Counted from the first letter of the stretch, positions 29,501-37,787 are shown. The stretch is 64,000 bases of DNA from Candidatus Omnitrophota bacterium (GCA_015233335.1 JADFXX010000008.1:11798-75797), one strand, 5' to 3'. The notes: generated from the letters alone by a model not told the origin. Program-made: numbers and translations.

Positions 29501-30510
29501 GGGATACTGTTGCCAGCTCTCGTGACGGAAAATATTTGATGGCCGGGCATGACAGGCATTTGTATCATTCAGTCGACGGAGGATCAACTTGGAGCGAAAA
29601 TCAGCCAGCGGGAAATTTGAATAGATATTGGTATTTGACCGCCAGTTCCGGGGATGGGACAATTTTGTTAGCAGGAGTGGCAGGGGCACGATTATATCTT
29701 TCGACCAATGGCACTGTTTCAACTCCCACTTGGGCGACAACTAATCCCGTCACTTCAGGGGGTGTGAATAGATCTTGGTATACAGGCGCTATATCCCGCG
29801 ATGGCAGTCATGTGATTGTGGGAAGCTATAGCAACACCGGACGTTTATGGGTTGGGGTTGTAAACGCAGGGACGATCACATGGTCTGAGGCTGGTACAGC
29901 GGCAATTGGTCTTCACAGAGACTGGCAGACAACTGCCATTTCCAGTGACGGAACCTATGTGATGGCAGGGAATTATCTTGATAGTAACTATTACGCAGGA
30001 CGGCTATATGTTGGCGTTTTAAGCGGCGGGGTTTATAGTTGGAACGAGAAACAACCGGCAGGAAATTTGGATGTGGACTGGGTTGTGACAGCCATGTCCG
30101 CTGACGGGAGTCATATGATGGCCGCAACAATACCCGACAGTAATGGTGATCCGGGGGGCTTATATCTCTCGTATGATGGGGGCACGACTTGGTCAAGCCC
30201 CACTGATCTGTGGATAGTAAATAGTGATCAATATTGGCAGATAGGTTTTATGTCCAGTGACGGAAATTATATTGTTGTAGGAGATGATTCAAGTTTGTAT
30301 GAGTCGACAGACGCAGGTATCACATGGAGACCCCTCAATTTCCCGGCAGATGTTAGCTATAATGGTTATTCTCTTAATGCTGTTGCCGGTTCCAGCGACG
30401 CTAGCCATTTGATAGCGGCATCAAATGGTATTGGTTTATATGTCTCCGCCGTCGGCGGAAAAGCCTCCAATCTAACTCAAGTCCAAAATCTAACACAGGT
30501 GACGTTTTAG
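26569..30510 (+). CDS. batD: BatD fused to a 14-repeat beta-propeller (Asp-box/WD-like) domain
   Basis: BatD-type Ig-like region with FSGAVGQF and a TM segment; second signal-like segment ending TAWA-D; 14 copies of W...SxDGxH.....GRLY.S..GG.TW. Confidence 0.75.
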   Translation: MQVSLRALVPVSLRAKRSNLFLCLLMLLSSTGTLKADTVSFEASVNSSRISLSEVLQLNLTVTGLKDNIDPISLPVLDGFSAKYLGPSTRVSIVNGDYHSERSFVYDLFPNKVGHFQIPPISATIAGQTYVTKPIDIEVVADSAGAQAPAPQQAQDQAPSIQSLKDKILILVSLEKEEVYLNERVPLSVKLLVNDVPIRDIQFPQFDKQGFAVDDFQKPQQYSQVLNGVKYDAVEFKSYIYPTHLGDVPIGPFQIAGNVVYKNGNNNPFNQDMNPFGGGLFKDFFDSYATRPVTVTSRPLPMHVRALPQEGRPRDFSGAVGQFDFQASVSPLQVKAGDPITLKMSLKGNGNFKSVTMPVFQGAGFKTYEPKIKDQADEKTAEEVIIPTSAQVTQVPALHFSYFDTSLKDYKTITQGPFAIQVMPNAPDEGFKAVGFSDVSREPATLHIDQFSFGKMFHTIRKGLSKLCKSIGFWLTLGLIIVGGGSYFLWRRFQERLENDPAFARRLKAYTEAKQTLRMAQGYISTGKSKDFYTLLSRAIREYLANKWHQSPASLSIEEILKQLKSAGIDETHIEGAKNILTTSDLVCFAGANRDASQMQSDLSLTQNLINHLHISLRAPKGRSNLLSLFFSISLLLTATAWADLPWVKQQSSAFSGEGVWFGAAMSADGSRLILLDVYNGLYISTNGGASWSQYNPSTYHYTYWRAVPAMSSDGSHVMAGSYQYHGRLYLSVNGGVIWSETRPAGDNDLNWSVTAMSGDASHLLAGVGSLSGRLYLSSDGGAHWVEIQPDGNNDENWNTAAISSDGSHLIVGEYNNGTTNRGRLFFSKDGGATWSETQPAGATEQYWKFVTTSSDGSHFMAGINGGQIYTGVLSGGIISWTGGVSRGWYVGASSSDESYLLAGVYVGRLYYSTNGTAGTPTWTETRPAGANNYVWNAGSISSDGTHMMAGIQGGEVFISTNGATSWSETKPQIDQNWDTVASSRDGKYLMAGHDRHLYHSVDGGSTWSENQPAGNLNRYWYLTASSGDGTILLAGVAGARLYLSTNGTVSTPTWATTNPVTSGGVNRSWYTGAISRDGSHVIVGSYSNTGRLWVGVVNAGTITWSEAGTAAIGLHRDWQTTAISSDGTYVMAGNYLDSNYYAGRLYVGVLSGGVYSWNEKQPAGNLDVDWVVTAMSADGSHMMAATIPDSNGDPGGLYLSYDGGTTWSSPTDLWIVNSDQYWQIGFMSSDGNYIVVGDDSSLYESTDAGITWRPLNFPADVSYNGYSLNAVAGSSDASHLIAASNGIGLYVSAVGGKASNLTQVQNLTQVTF
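26575..26630. repeat. Family-A repeat (two units) forming the BatD N-terminal codons
   Basis: GTGTCATTGCGAG twice, 24 nt apart; the second continues CGAAGCGAAGCAATCT. Confidence 0.85.
28413..28448. repeat. Family-A repeat in frame at the BatD/propeller junction
   Basis: TCATTGCGAGCCCCGAAGGGGCGAAGCAATCTTTT. Confidence 0.85.
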
Positions 30511-30538
30511 GTTGTCATATCGTCATTCGCGATGAATT

Positions 30539-30646
30539 TTAAGATGTCTTAAGGTCCTTCGCTTTGCTCAGGACGACGAAAATAAAGGTGACGGGCGTAT
30601 TTATTATTAAGACGTCTTAAGGTCCTTCGCTTTGCTCAGGACGACG
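30539..30646. repeat. Family-B repeat, two 40-bp direct copies
   Basis: TTAAGAYGTCTTAAGGTCCTTCGCTTTGCTCAGGACGACG at 30539-30578 and 30607-30646, one mismatch. Confidence 0.85.
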
Positions 30647-30662
30647 GGTACAGGATTACGGA

Positions 30663-31844
30663 TTAATATGCCAATTCGTTGAGGACTATATGTGCCGCGC
30701 GTAGGCTGGCTCCGGGCTCGCCTAAGGATGTTTTAACTGCGGCTAATTCATTAACGATTTGTTTATTATTTAAAGCATTTTCTACAGCACGGGCGATTGT
30801 CTCGGGCTTGGCATCATTTTGGATCAGTTCTTCCGCCACTTTTTTTCCGGCTACAATATTGACCAAACCAATATAAGGAATTTTGATCACAGCTTTTGCT
30901 ATTGCATAGGTCAGCCAAGAGGTCTTATAAATGATGACCATGGGTTTAAGGAGCAATGCGGTTTCTAAAGTGGCGGTGCCTGAGGCCACCATGGCGGCAT
31001 CCATGGCATTGATACCGTCATAAGTTGTTCCGTCGTAGATTTTTATAGGAAGGTCTTTTAATGCAGTGTCATTGCGAGTCCCGAAGGGGCGAAGCAATCT
31101 TTTAAGTGACCGTCCCATTAGCACAGATTCAATAAATTTTAACGGGATGGTCGATGCTTTAAGCAAAACGAACTGGCGGTCATGGTCTTGTTCGAAAAGC
31201 TTTTGGGCCGCTTCCAGCATACAGGGCAGATGGCGTTCGACTTCTTTAGCGCGCGAACCGGGCATAAGTCCTATGGTCGTTTTACCCTCGGATAAGCCAA
31301 TGTTTCTTAAAACCTCTGACGGTGTTTTGCTGACTACGATTTCATCAACTAATGGATGTCCGACATAATCGACCTTCATGCCGTATTTGGTGTAAGTTTC
31401 CTGTTCAAAAGGGAATAACACGATCATGCGGTTAACCAATTCTTTGATCTTTTTGACCCGTGCCTCTTTCCAAGCCCATACCTGCGGGGATATATAGTAG
31501 ATGATCTTGATGCCGCGTTTTTTTATTTCACGGGCCAAGCGCAAATTAAAACCCGGATAATCGACGAGGATGACGGCGTCAGGGTGGGTGGTATCGATTT
31601 GGACTAACGCCTGATCAAAAACTTTTTTGATGCGGCCTAAATTTTTAAGCACTTCGACAAAGCCGATAACTGCAAGTTCGGTGATATCCGTAAAACATTC
31701 AACTCCGGCTTGGCGCATATGCGCACCGCCGATCCCGCTTAAACGCAGGGATGGCTGAAGCTGTTTTAAAGCGCGAGCCAGACCGGCCGCGCGCATATCA
31801 CCGGACGCTTCACCAGCTATGACCATTAAATGATAATTTTTCAT
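30663..31844 (-). CDS. lpxB: Lipid-A-disaccharide synthase
   Basis: AGEASGD, VDYPGFN, SPQVWAW, PGSR..E, SGTATLE. Confidence 0.95.
   Translation of the reverse strand: MKNYHLMVIAGEASGDMRAAGLARALKQLQPSLRLSGIGGAHMRQAGVECFTDITELAVIGFVEVLKNLGRIKKVFDQALVQIDTTHPDAVILVDYPGFNLRLAREIKKRGIKIIYYISPQVWAWKEARVKKIKELVNRMIVLFPFEQETYTKYGMKVDYVGHPLVDEIVVSKTPSEVLRNIGLSEGKTTIGLMPGSRAKEVERHLPCMLEAAQKLFEQDHDRQFVLLKASTIPLKFIESVLMGRSLKRLLRPFGTRNDTALKDLPIKIYDGTTYDGINAMDAAMVASGTATLETALLLKPMVIIYKTSWLTYAIAKAVIKIPYIGLVNIVAGKKVAEELIQNDAKPETIARAVENALNNKQIVNELAAVKTSLGEPGASLRAAHIVLNELAY
31066..31103. repeat. Family-A repeat in frame within lpxB (opposite orientation)
   Basis: GTGTCATTGCGAGTCCCGAAGGGGCGAAGCAATCTTTT, read as KRLLRPFGTRNDT. 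Confidence 0.85.
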
Positions 31845-31887
31845 AAATGAGACACCCTTACGGATTCGAAGCAATAGGGGATATCAA

Positions 31888-32823
31888 TCATGATATGCTT
31901 TGTCGGTGTTCCCATATTTTTTGGTTGATATCCAAAGCCACCTTGAGGGCTTCCCGGCCTTCGACTCCGGAGACTTTGGGCTTAAGGTTGTCACGAACAC
32001 AGTCGAGAAAGTGTTCAAGTTCTTTTTTGAGGGGTTCTTCTTTTTCAATGGGGATGCCGCGTTTGTGGATGCCGCGTTCATCCTTGGTGAACATATTGGC
32101 TTCCTGCTTGGCATAGTCGAGCGAGATGTAGGCGTTTTTGGTGAACATCCGTATTTTTCGGGTGACTTCCGGTGAGATCCTGCTGGCGGTCACATTACAC
32201 ACACAGCCGTTGGCAAAGGTCAAGCGCGCATTGGCAATATCTTCCTTGTCTGTCAAAACATTGATCCCCACCGCCTGAATGTCTTTTAAAGGGGATTTCA
32301 CTAATCCCAGAATAATATCGATATCATGGATCATCAAGTCCATGACAACCCCGATATCGAGCGAACGGTTGGGGAACATATTCAAGCGGTGGCATTCGAT
32401 AAATAAGGGGTTTTGGGCAATGGGTTCGATCGTCGTAAAGGCGCTGTTAAAGCGTTCCACATGTCCGACTTGTAGTTTGAGATTATTTTGTGCGGCCAAA
32501 GCGATCAGCTGATCTGCTTCCTTTAAACTATAGGTGATAGGTTTTTCCACGAAGGTGTGCACGCCTTTCTTAAGGAAGAAGGAGGCGATCTCGGCATGGG
32601 TCACGGTCGGGGTGCAGACGCTTACAGCTTCGATATTTCCGGAAAGTTCCTGATAATCACCGACAACAGGCAAATGGTATTGACGGCCTAAGGATTTGGC
32701 ATGCTCAAGGTTTTGGTCACAAATGGCTGTGATATTGGCTTTGTTTTTTAGGGCATGCAGGCACTTTAAATGGCGCTGGCCTAAGAAACCGCAACCGATA
32801 AGCGCGATGTTGATCTTTTTCAT
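31888..32823 (-). CDS. Gfo/Idh/MocA oxidoreductase (GnnA-like)
   Basis: IGCGFLG, EKP, GHVERFN, DLMIHDID; directly upstream of lpxB. Confidence 0.85.
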   Translation of the reverse strand: MKKINIALIGCGFLGQRHLKCLHALKNKANITAICDQNLEHAKSLGRQYHLPVVGDYQELSGNIEAVSVCTPTVTHAEIASFFLKKGVHTFVEKPITYSLKEADQLIALAAQNNLKLQVGHVERFNSAFTTIEPIAQNPLFIECHRLNMFPNRSLDIGVVMDLMIHDIDIILGLVKSPLKDIQAVGINVLTDKEDIANARLTFANGCVCNVTASRISPEVTRKIRMFTKNAYISLDYAKQEANMFTKDERGIHKRGIPIEKEEPLKKELEHFLDCVRDNLKPKVSGVEGREALKVALDINQKIWEHRQSIS

Positions 32824-32830
32824 AACATCA

Positions 32831-32859
32831 ACAATAACAAAGCCCTCGACAAAAGTCAA
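32831..32859 (-). promoter_or_regulatory. Extended -10 promoter, probably leaderless
   Basis: TTGACT-17-TATTGT with TG extension, 7 nt before ATG 32823; no RBS. Confidence 0.55.
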
Positions 32860-32905
32860 ACACCATGCTAAATTACGTTTTCTTTAAATTAGGGGTAACA
32901 GAGAG

Positions 32906-34711
32906 ATGAAAAACTATTTTAAAATGCTGCGCTTTCTCAAAGGCCATGAGGGGCGTTTTGGGCTTGCCATTATTTTTATCATACTCTCCTCGATGTTTGA
33001 AGGCGTCCAGCTGTCTTTCATATTGCCGGTGGTTGACCGTATTTTTGAAAATAAACCGATCGTCATCCCTAATAAAATCCCTTTATTTCTTGCCCATTTT
33101 ATAGACCGTCTTAACAGCATGGATGTTCAAACCCTGTTTTGGATGACTCCGCTGTGCTTTATACTGCTTTTTACCATCAAACAAGTGGTCTCGTTTTTTT
33201 CGGAATATTTAATGAATGATATCGCGCAGGGTGTCATGCGCGATGTGCGCTCCAAGCTTTTTGAGCGCATACAGACCTTGTCTTTGGATTATTTTTCACG
33301 CAAGCGCACCGGCGAGTTGGTGTCCCGTATTACCAATGATGTGGGCACCATCGAAAACGCGATTTCCTACGCGATCACGGATTTGTTCAAACAGCCTTTT
33401 TTAATTTTAGTTTTTTTAGTGATTTCCTTCCTGATGAATACCAAGGGTACCCTCATCGTATTTTTGATGTTTCCTTTGATCGGCTGGCCCATGATGCTGA
33501 TCAACAAGAAACTGCGTAAAATCGCGAAAAATACGCAGGAAAAGATGGCGGACATCAATTCGCTGTTGATGGAGACAATATCAGGTGTGCGCATACTTAA
33601 GGCTTTTGGGACGGAAAAATATGAAATCAAGCGATTCTGGCAGCAAAACTATGATTACTACAAATTGCGCATGAAATCCATCCGTAACATGGTCTTAATG
33701 GGGCCTATTACCGAGATGGTGGGGGCCTTTTGCGGGATGGCGATCCTTTTGATTCTGGGCAAAGATGTTTTAAAGGGCCATTTGTCTTTTGGTGTTTTTC
33801 TGCTTTCCATGATCTCTATCACATCGGTCCTGCGTCCGATCAAACGGATGGCTAATGTTGTAACCATTATTCAGCAGGCCTTGGTTGCCAATAAACGTAT
33901 TTATGAGGTTTTAGAGACCAAGCCTACGGTTGTCGAGAAAACGGACGCTGTTGAGCTGGAAACCTTTAAAGAAAAAATAGAGATCAAGGATGTTTCATTC
34001 CATTATGATGCCGCCTCAGGGGATGTTTTGCAGGGCATTAATTTGTCGATCAACAAAGGGGAATTGGTTGCCATTGTGGGGCCTACGGGATCGGGTAAAT
34101 CGACCTTGGTTAATTTGATTCCCCGTTTTTATGATGTAGCCCAAGGGCATATTTTATTTGACGGGGTGGATGTCAGGGATGTTCTTTTTAAATCTTTGCG
34201 CGGTCAGGTTGGTATCGTGACCCAAGAGGCAATTCTATTTAACGATTCTGTCAAAAATAATATTGCCTACGGGACTTTTGATGTGACCATGGAGCAGATC
34301 GAGGATGTGGCCAGAATGGCCTTTGCCCATAATTTCATTGAGAAAATGCCGAAAGGCTATGAAACGTTCGTCGGGGACCGTGGATTCAGGCTTTCAGGCG
34401 GAGAAAAGCAGCGTTTGACGATCGCACGGGCCATTTTAAAGAACCCGCCGATTTTGATATTGGATGAGGCCACCTCACAGCTTGATTCCGAGTCAGAAAA
34501 ATTCGTGCAGGAAGCTTTGGACAAACTGATGCAGGGGCGTACCGTTATTGCCATTGCCCATCGTTTGTCAACCATCATGAAGGCGGATAAAATTGTAGTT
34601 TTGGAAGCCGGTAAAATTGTCGGAATAGGCAAACACGATGATCTGCTTTTTACCACACCCCTTTATCGCAGACTTTATGAAAATCAGTTCAGGCCTAGCA
34701 GTCCTGTATAA
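32906..34711 (+). CDS. msbA: MsbA-type ABC exporter
   Basis: TM domain plus GPTGSGKST, LSGGEKQR, DEATSQLD; divergent from the lpxB operon. Confidence 0.8.
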   Translation: MKNYFKMLRFLKGHEGRFGLAIIFIILSSMFEGVQLSFILPVVDRIFENKPIVIPNKIPLFLAHFIDRLNSMDVQTLFWMTPLCFILLFTIKQVVSFFSEYLMNDIAQGVMRDVRSKLFERIQTLSLDYFSRKRTGELVSRITNDVGTIENAISYAITDLFKQPFLILVFLVISFLMNTKGTLIVFLMFPLIGWPMMLINKKLRKIAKNTQEKMADINSLLMETISGVRILKAFGTEKYEIKRFWQQNYDYYKLRMKSIRNMVLMGPITEMVGAFCGMAILLILGKDVLKGHLSFGVFLLSMISITSVLRPIKRMANVVTIIQQALVANKRIYEVLETKPTVVEKTDAVELETFKEKIEIKDVSFHYDAASGDVLQGINLSINKGELVAIVGPTGSGKSTLVNLIPRFYDVAQGHILFDGVDVRDVLFKSLRGQVGIVTQEAILFNDSVKNNIAYGTFDVTMEQIEDVARMAFAHNFIEKMPKGYETFVGDRGFRLSGGEKQRLTIARAILKNPPILILDEATSQLDSESEKFVQEALDKLMQGRTVIAIAHRLSTIMKADKIVVLEAGKIVGIGKHDDLLFTTPLYRRLYENQFRPSSPV

Positions 34712-34736
34712 AATCATCCCAAAATTTAAAATTTTA

Positions 34737-34902
34737 TTGCAAATATCAGAGTCTTTGTTATAGTAAATGTTCAATTTAACCCAAATGGCCGCCTTTGAGG
34801 GCATGAGGCTTAAATCAAAGGCAGGTTAAAACTAAAAGTCTCGCTTTGACCTGGGGTTTGGACCATCTGCCAGCGAGATACAGAAGAGAGGAAGTAAAAT
34901 TT
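34737..34902 (+). promoter_or_regulatory. rpsB promoter and long structured 5' leader
   Basis: TTGCAA-16-TATAGT; about 130-nt leader with stems GCCTTTGA/TCAAAGGC and TCTCGCT/AGCGAGA. Confidence 0.55.
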
Positions 34903-35640
34903 ATGGCAACAGAATTGATCAAGCAGTTACTGGAAGCAGGTGTTCACTTCGGTCATCAAAGCCGCCGCTGGAATCCCAAAATGAAAAGATTTATTTTTGG
35001 GGAACGCGGCGGCATTTATATTATTGACCTTGAAAAAACTGTGGAGAGGCTTAGTGCCGCGCGCGATGCCATCCGTGATATCGCGGCCCGCGGAGGCAAG
35101 ATCCTTTTTGTGGGCACTAAAAAACAGGCCCAGCAGGTCATCGAAGAAGAAGCCATCCGCTGCGGCATGTTTTATGTCAAAAACCGCTGGATGGGCGGGC
35201 TATTGACTAATCTTGAAACCGTCAAAAAATCAGTCCGAAAATTAATCGATATTGAAAAGATGGAAACTAACGGCACGGTAGGGCGTCTGACTAAGAAAGA
35301 AGCTTCACTGTTGATGAAAGAAAAAGACCGTTTGATCCGTGATCTGGGTGGTATTCGCGATATGGCCGTTCCTCCTCAGGCAATTTTTATTGTGGATACC
35401 AAGAAAGAAGAGATTGCCGTAGCAGAAGCCAATCGTCTGGGAATTCCGGTCATAGGCTTGATCGATACGAATTCAGATCCGGAGTTGATCCAATATCCTA
35501 TTCCGGGCAATGATGACGCCGTCAAGGCTATTAAATTTATTACCGGCCTTATTGTTGACAGCATCATTGAGGGCCGTCAGGAATTTTTGGCGGGAAAGAA
35601 AGTACAAAAAGAAGCTCAAGTGCAGGAAGTAGCGGCTTAA
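34903..35640 (+). CDS. rpsB: 30S ribosomal protein S2
   Basis: LLEAGVHFGH, WNPKM, PGNDDA. Confidence 0.97.
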   Translation: MATELIKQLLEAGVHFGHQSRRWNPKMKRFIFGERGGIYIIDLEKTVERLSAARDAIRDIAARGGKILFVGTKKQAQQVIEEEAIRCGMFYVKNRWMGGLLTNLETVKKSVRKLIDIEKMETNGTVGRLTKKEASLLMKEKDRLIRDLGGIRDMAVPPQAIFIVDTKKEEIAVAEANRLGIPVIGLIDTNSDPELIQYPIPGNDDAVKAIKFITGLIVDSIIEGRQEFLAGKKVQKEAQVQEVAA

Positions 35641-35641
35641 T

Positions 35642-35696
35642 TGACATTGAACGAAACGTTCAATGTCATCCTGAGGCAACGGCCGAGGGAACTTAA
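35642..35696. repeat. Family-B half element preceded by a 12-bp-arm hairpin
   Basis: TGACATTGAACG-AAA-CGTTCAATGTCA overlapping GTCATCCTGAGGCAACGGCCGAGGGAACTTAA. Confidence 0.65.
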
Positions 35697-35726
35697 TTTA
35701 GAATTATAGAATTGGAGAAATAAGAA

Positions 35727-36254
35727 ATGATGGCAACGACAGCGGATGATATTAAACGCCTTCGGGAAGAAACGTCCTGCGGTGTTATTGATTGCAAAAA
35801 AGCGCTCGAAGAAGCTCAGGGCGACTTTAATAAAGCCAAAGAATTTTTGCGTAAACGGGGATTAGAGATGGCCGCTAAAAAAAGCGACCGCCTGGCTCGC
35901 GAAGGCAGGGTTGAGTCCTATATCCATAACGGCAATAAAATCGGAGTAGTAGTTGAAGTTAACTGTGAAACCGATTTTGTGGCCCGAAGTGAAGATTTTT
36001 GCAAATTTACGAAAGATGTGGCATTGCATATCGCCGCATTAAGTCCCAAGTATATAAGAAAAGAGGATGTCCCGGCTGATATATTGGCTAAGGAATCGGA
36101 CAAAGAGGCTTTTTATAAAGCCCATTGTTTGTTAGCTCAGGCGTATGTCAAGGACCCCGGTAAAAATGTACAGGACTTGTTAAATGAGCTGATCGCGAAG
36201 ATAGGCGAAAATATTATGGTAGGGCGTTTTGTGCGTTATAAAGTAGGGGAATAA
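35727..36254 (+). CDS. tsf: Elongation factor Ts (short form)
   Basis: [17 protein letters not shown]. Confidence 0.95.
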   Translation: MMATTADDIKRLREETSCGVIDCKKALEEAQGDFNKAKEFLRKRGLEMAAKKSDRLAREGRVESYIHNGNKIGVVVEVNCETDFVARSEDFCKFTKDVALHIAALSPKYIRKEDVPADILAKESDKEAFYKAHCLLAQAYVKDPGKNVQDLLNELIAKIGENIMVGRFVRYKVGE

Positions 36255-36258
36255 ACTG

Positions 36259-36978
36259 TTGAATAAAGCGCCGGTTTTTAAAAGAGTATTACTGAAATTA
36301 AGCGGAGAGGCCCTGCTCGGGCGCCTGCAGCACGGCATCGACGTTGAAATGTGTGCATCCCTGGCCCGTGAGATCAAAGAAGTGCATGAGGCCGGGGTTG
36401 AGATGTCCTTGGTCGTGGGCGGTGGGAATATTTTTCGCGGGCAGGTCGAATCCAAACGTTTTGGGCTGGATCGTTCCGTGGCTGATTATATGGGGATGCT
36501 GGCCACTGTCCTTAACGGTTTAGCTTTACAAAACGCTCTGGAGAAGATCAATGTGCAGACAAGGGTCATGACGGCCATTCAAATGCACGCGATTGCCGAG
36601 CCTTATATCCTGCGCCGGGCCATACGCCATTTAGAGAAGCGCCGTGTGATCATTTTTGTTGCCGGTACCGGCAACCCCTATTTTACGACCGATACGGCAG
36701 CGGCTTTACGCGCCACTGAGATCGGATGCGATGTGATCATGAAAGCCACCAAGGTGGATGGTGTTTATTCCGCGGATCCTGTGAAATTTAAAGATGCTAA
36801 AAAATTTAAGAGTCTGAAATTCATTGATGTATTAAAGAAAGATCTGAAGGTTATGGACGCGACTGCCATTAGCATGTGTATGGATAATAGTCTGCCGATT
36901 ATTGTTTTCAATCTTCTGCAGCCGGGTAATATTAAAAAAGCTATTTACGGTGAAAATATCGGTACGATTGTCCGTTAA
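36259..36978 (+). CDS. pyrH: UMP kinase
   Basis: [25 protein letters not shown]. Confidence 0.96.
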   Translation: MNKAPVFKRVLLKLSGEALLGRLQHGIDVEMCASLAREIKEVHEAGVEMSLVVGGGNIFRGQVESKRFGLDRSVADYMGMLATVLNGLALQNALEKINVQTRVMTAIQMHAIAEPYILRRAIRHLEKRRVIIFVAGTGNPYFTTDTAAALRATEIGCDVIMKATKVDGVYSADPVKFKDAKKFKSLKFIDVLKKDLKVMDATAISMCMDNSLPIIVFNLLQPGNIKKAIYGENIGTIVR

Positions 36979-37008
36979 TTCAAGTTTTTTGTATTTTAGG
37001 AGGTTACT

Positions 37009-37569
37009 ATGACCGCCAAAGAGATTTTAAAAGAGACTGAAGGCAAAATGAAGAAGACCATGGAAACGGTCTACCGCGAGTTTTCGGAAGTGCGTACCGG
37101 CCGCGCTCAACCTGCTTTGATCGAGGACATGCACATCAATTATTATGAAACTTCAACTCCTATCAAGCAGCTGGCCGCAGTTTCTTCTCCGGACCCCCGA
37201 CAGATTGTGATCCAGCCCTGGGATGCCAACGCGATTAAAGATATTGAAGCGGCCATTTCTAGTTCTAAATTGGGCATTACGCCGACTAATGACGGCAAAA
37301 TCATTCGTTTGGTTTTTCCGGCTTTATCAACCGAACGCCGGGAAGAGTTTATTAAGGTATGCAAGGACATGTCCGAACGCGGCCGCGTCACTCTGCGTTC
37401 AATCCGCCGCGATGCCAATGAAAAGATCAAAAAAATGCAAGGTGAAGGTCACGTCAGTGAAGATGAGAAGTTCAAGGGAGAAGAAGAAGTCCAGAAGATG
37501 ACGGACCGTTTTATTAAAGAAATTGATGCTCTGCTAGAGCGAAAAAGCAAAGAGTTGCGCGAAGTTTGA
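37009..37569 (+). CDS. frr: Ribosome recycling factor
   Basis: VRTGRA, QPWD, NDGKIIR, RRDA. Confidence 0.95.
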   Translation: MTAKEILKETEGKMKKTMETVYREFSEVRTGRAQPALIEDMHINYYETSTPIKQLAAVSSPDPRQIVIQPWDANAIKDIEAAISSSKLGITPTNDGKIIRLVFPALSTERREEFIKVCKDMSERGRVTLRSIRRDANEKIKKMQGEGHVSEDEKFKGEEEVQKMTDRFIKEIDALLERKSKELREV

Positions 37570-37643
37570 GACCGACTAGCTCACCCTGGTAGAGCACTAC
37601 ACTTTTAATGTAGGGGTACCGCGTTCGAGTCGCGGGTCGGTCA
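37570..37643 (+). tRNA. tRNA-Lys (TTT), CCA not encoded
   Basis: GACCGAC/GTCGGTC acceptor, CTACA-CTTTTAA-TGTAG anticodon arm, TTCGAGT loop. Confidence 0.93.
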
Positions 37644-37678
37644 TTTTTTTAAAACCGCCTTGGATCTTTTTAAAAGAT

Positions 37679-37759
37679 GGGCGGGTGGCGGAATGGCAGA
37701 CGCGCATGCCTTAGGAGCATGTGGGGAAACCCGTGGAGGTTCAAGTCCTCTCCCGCCCA
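37679..37759 (+). tRNA. tRNA-Leu (TAG), CCA not encoded
   Basis: GGGCGGG/CCCGCCC acceptor, CATGC-CTTAGGA-GCATG anticodon arm, long variable arm. Confidence 0.93.
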
Positions 37760-37787
37760 CTAGTGTTCTTTAAATGTTTCATGGGAT

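Noticed and set aside
30539-30646. CRISPR-like mini-array (40-bp repeats, 28-nt spacer)
   Set aside because: Only two repeats, no cas genes, and the repeat matches the dispersed family-B element at 35665 and 47255.
31851-31885. Possible decayed family-A remnant (CGAAGCAAT in a weak hairpin) before lpxB
   Set aside because: The 9-nt match is too short to distinguish from chance.
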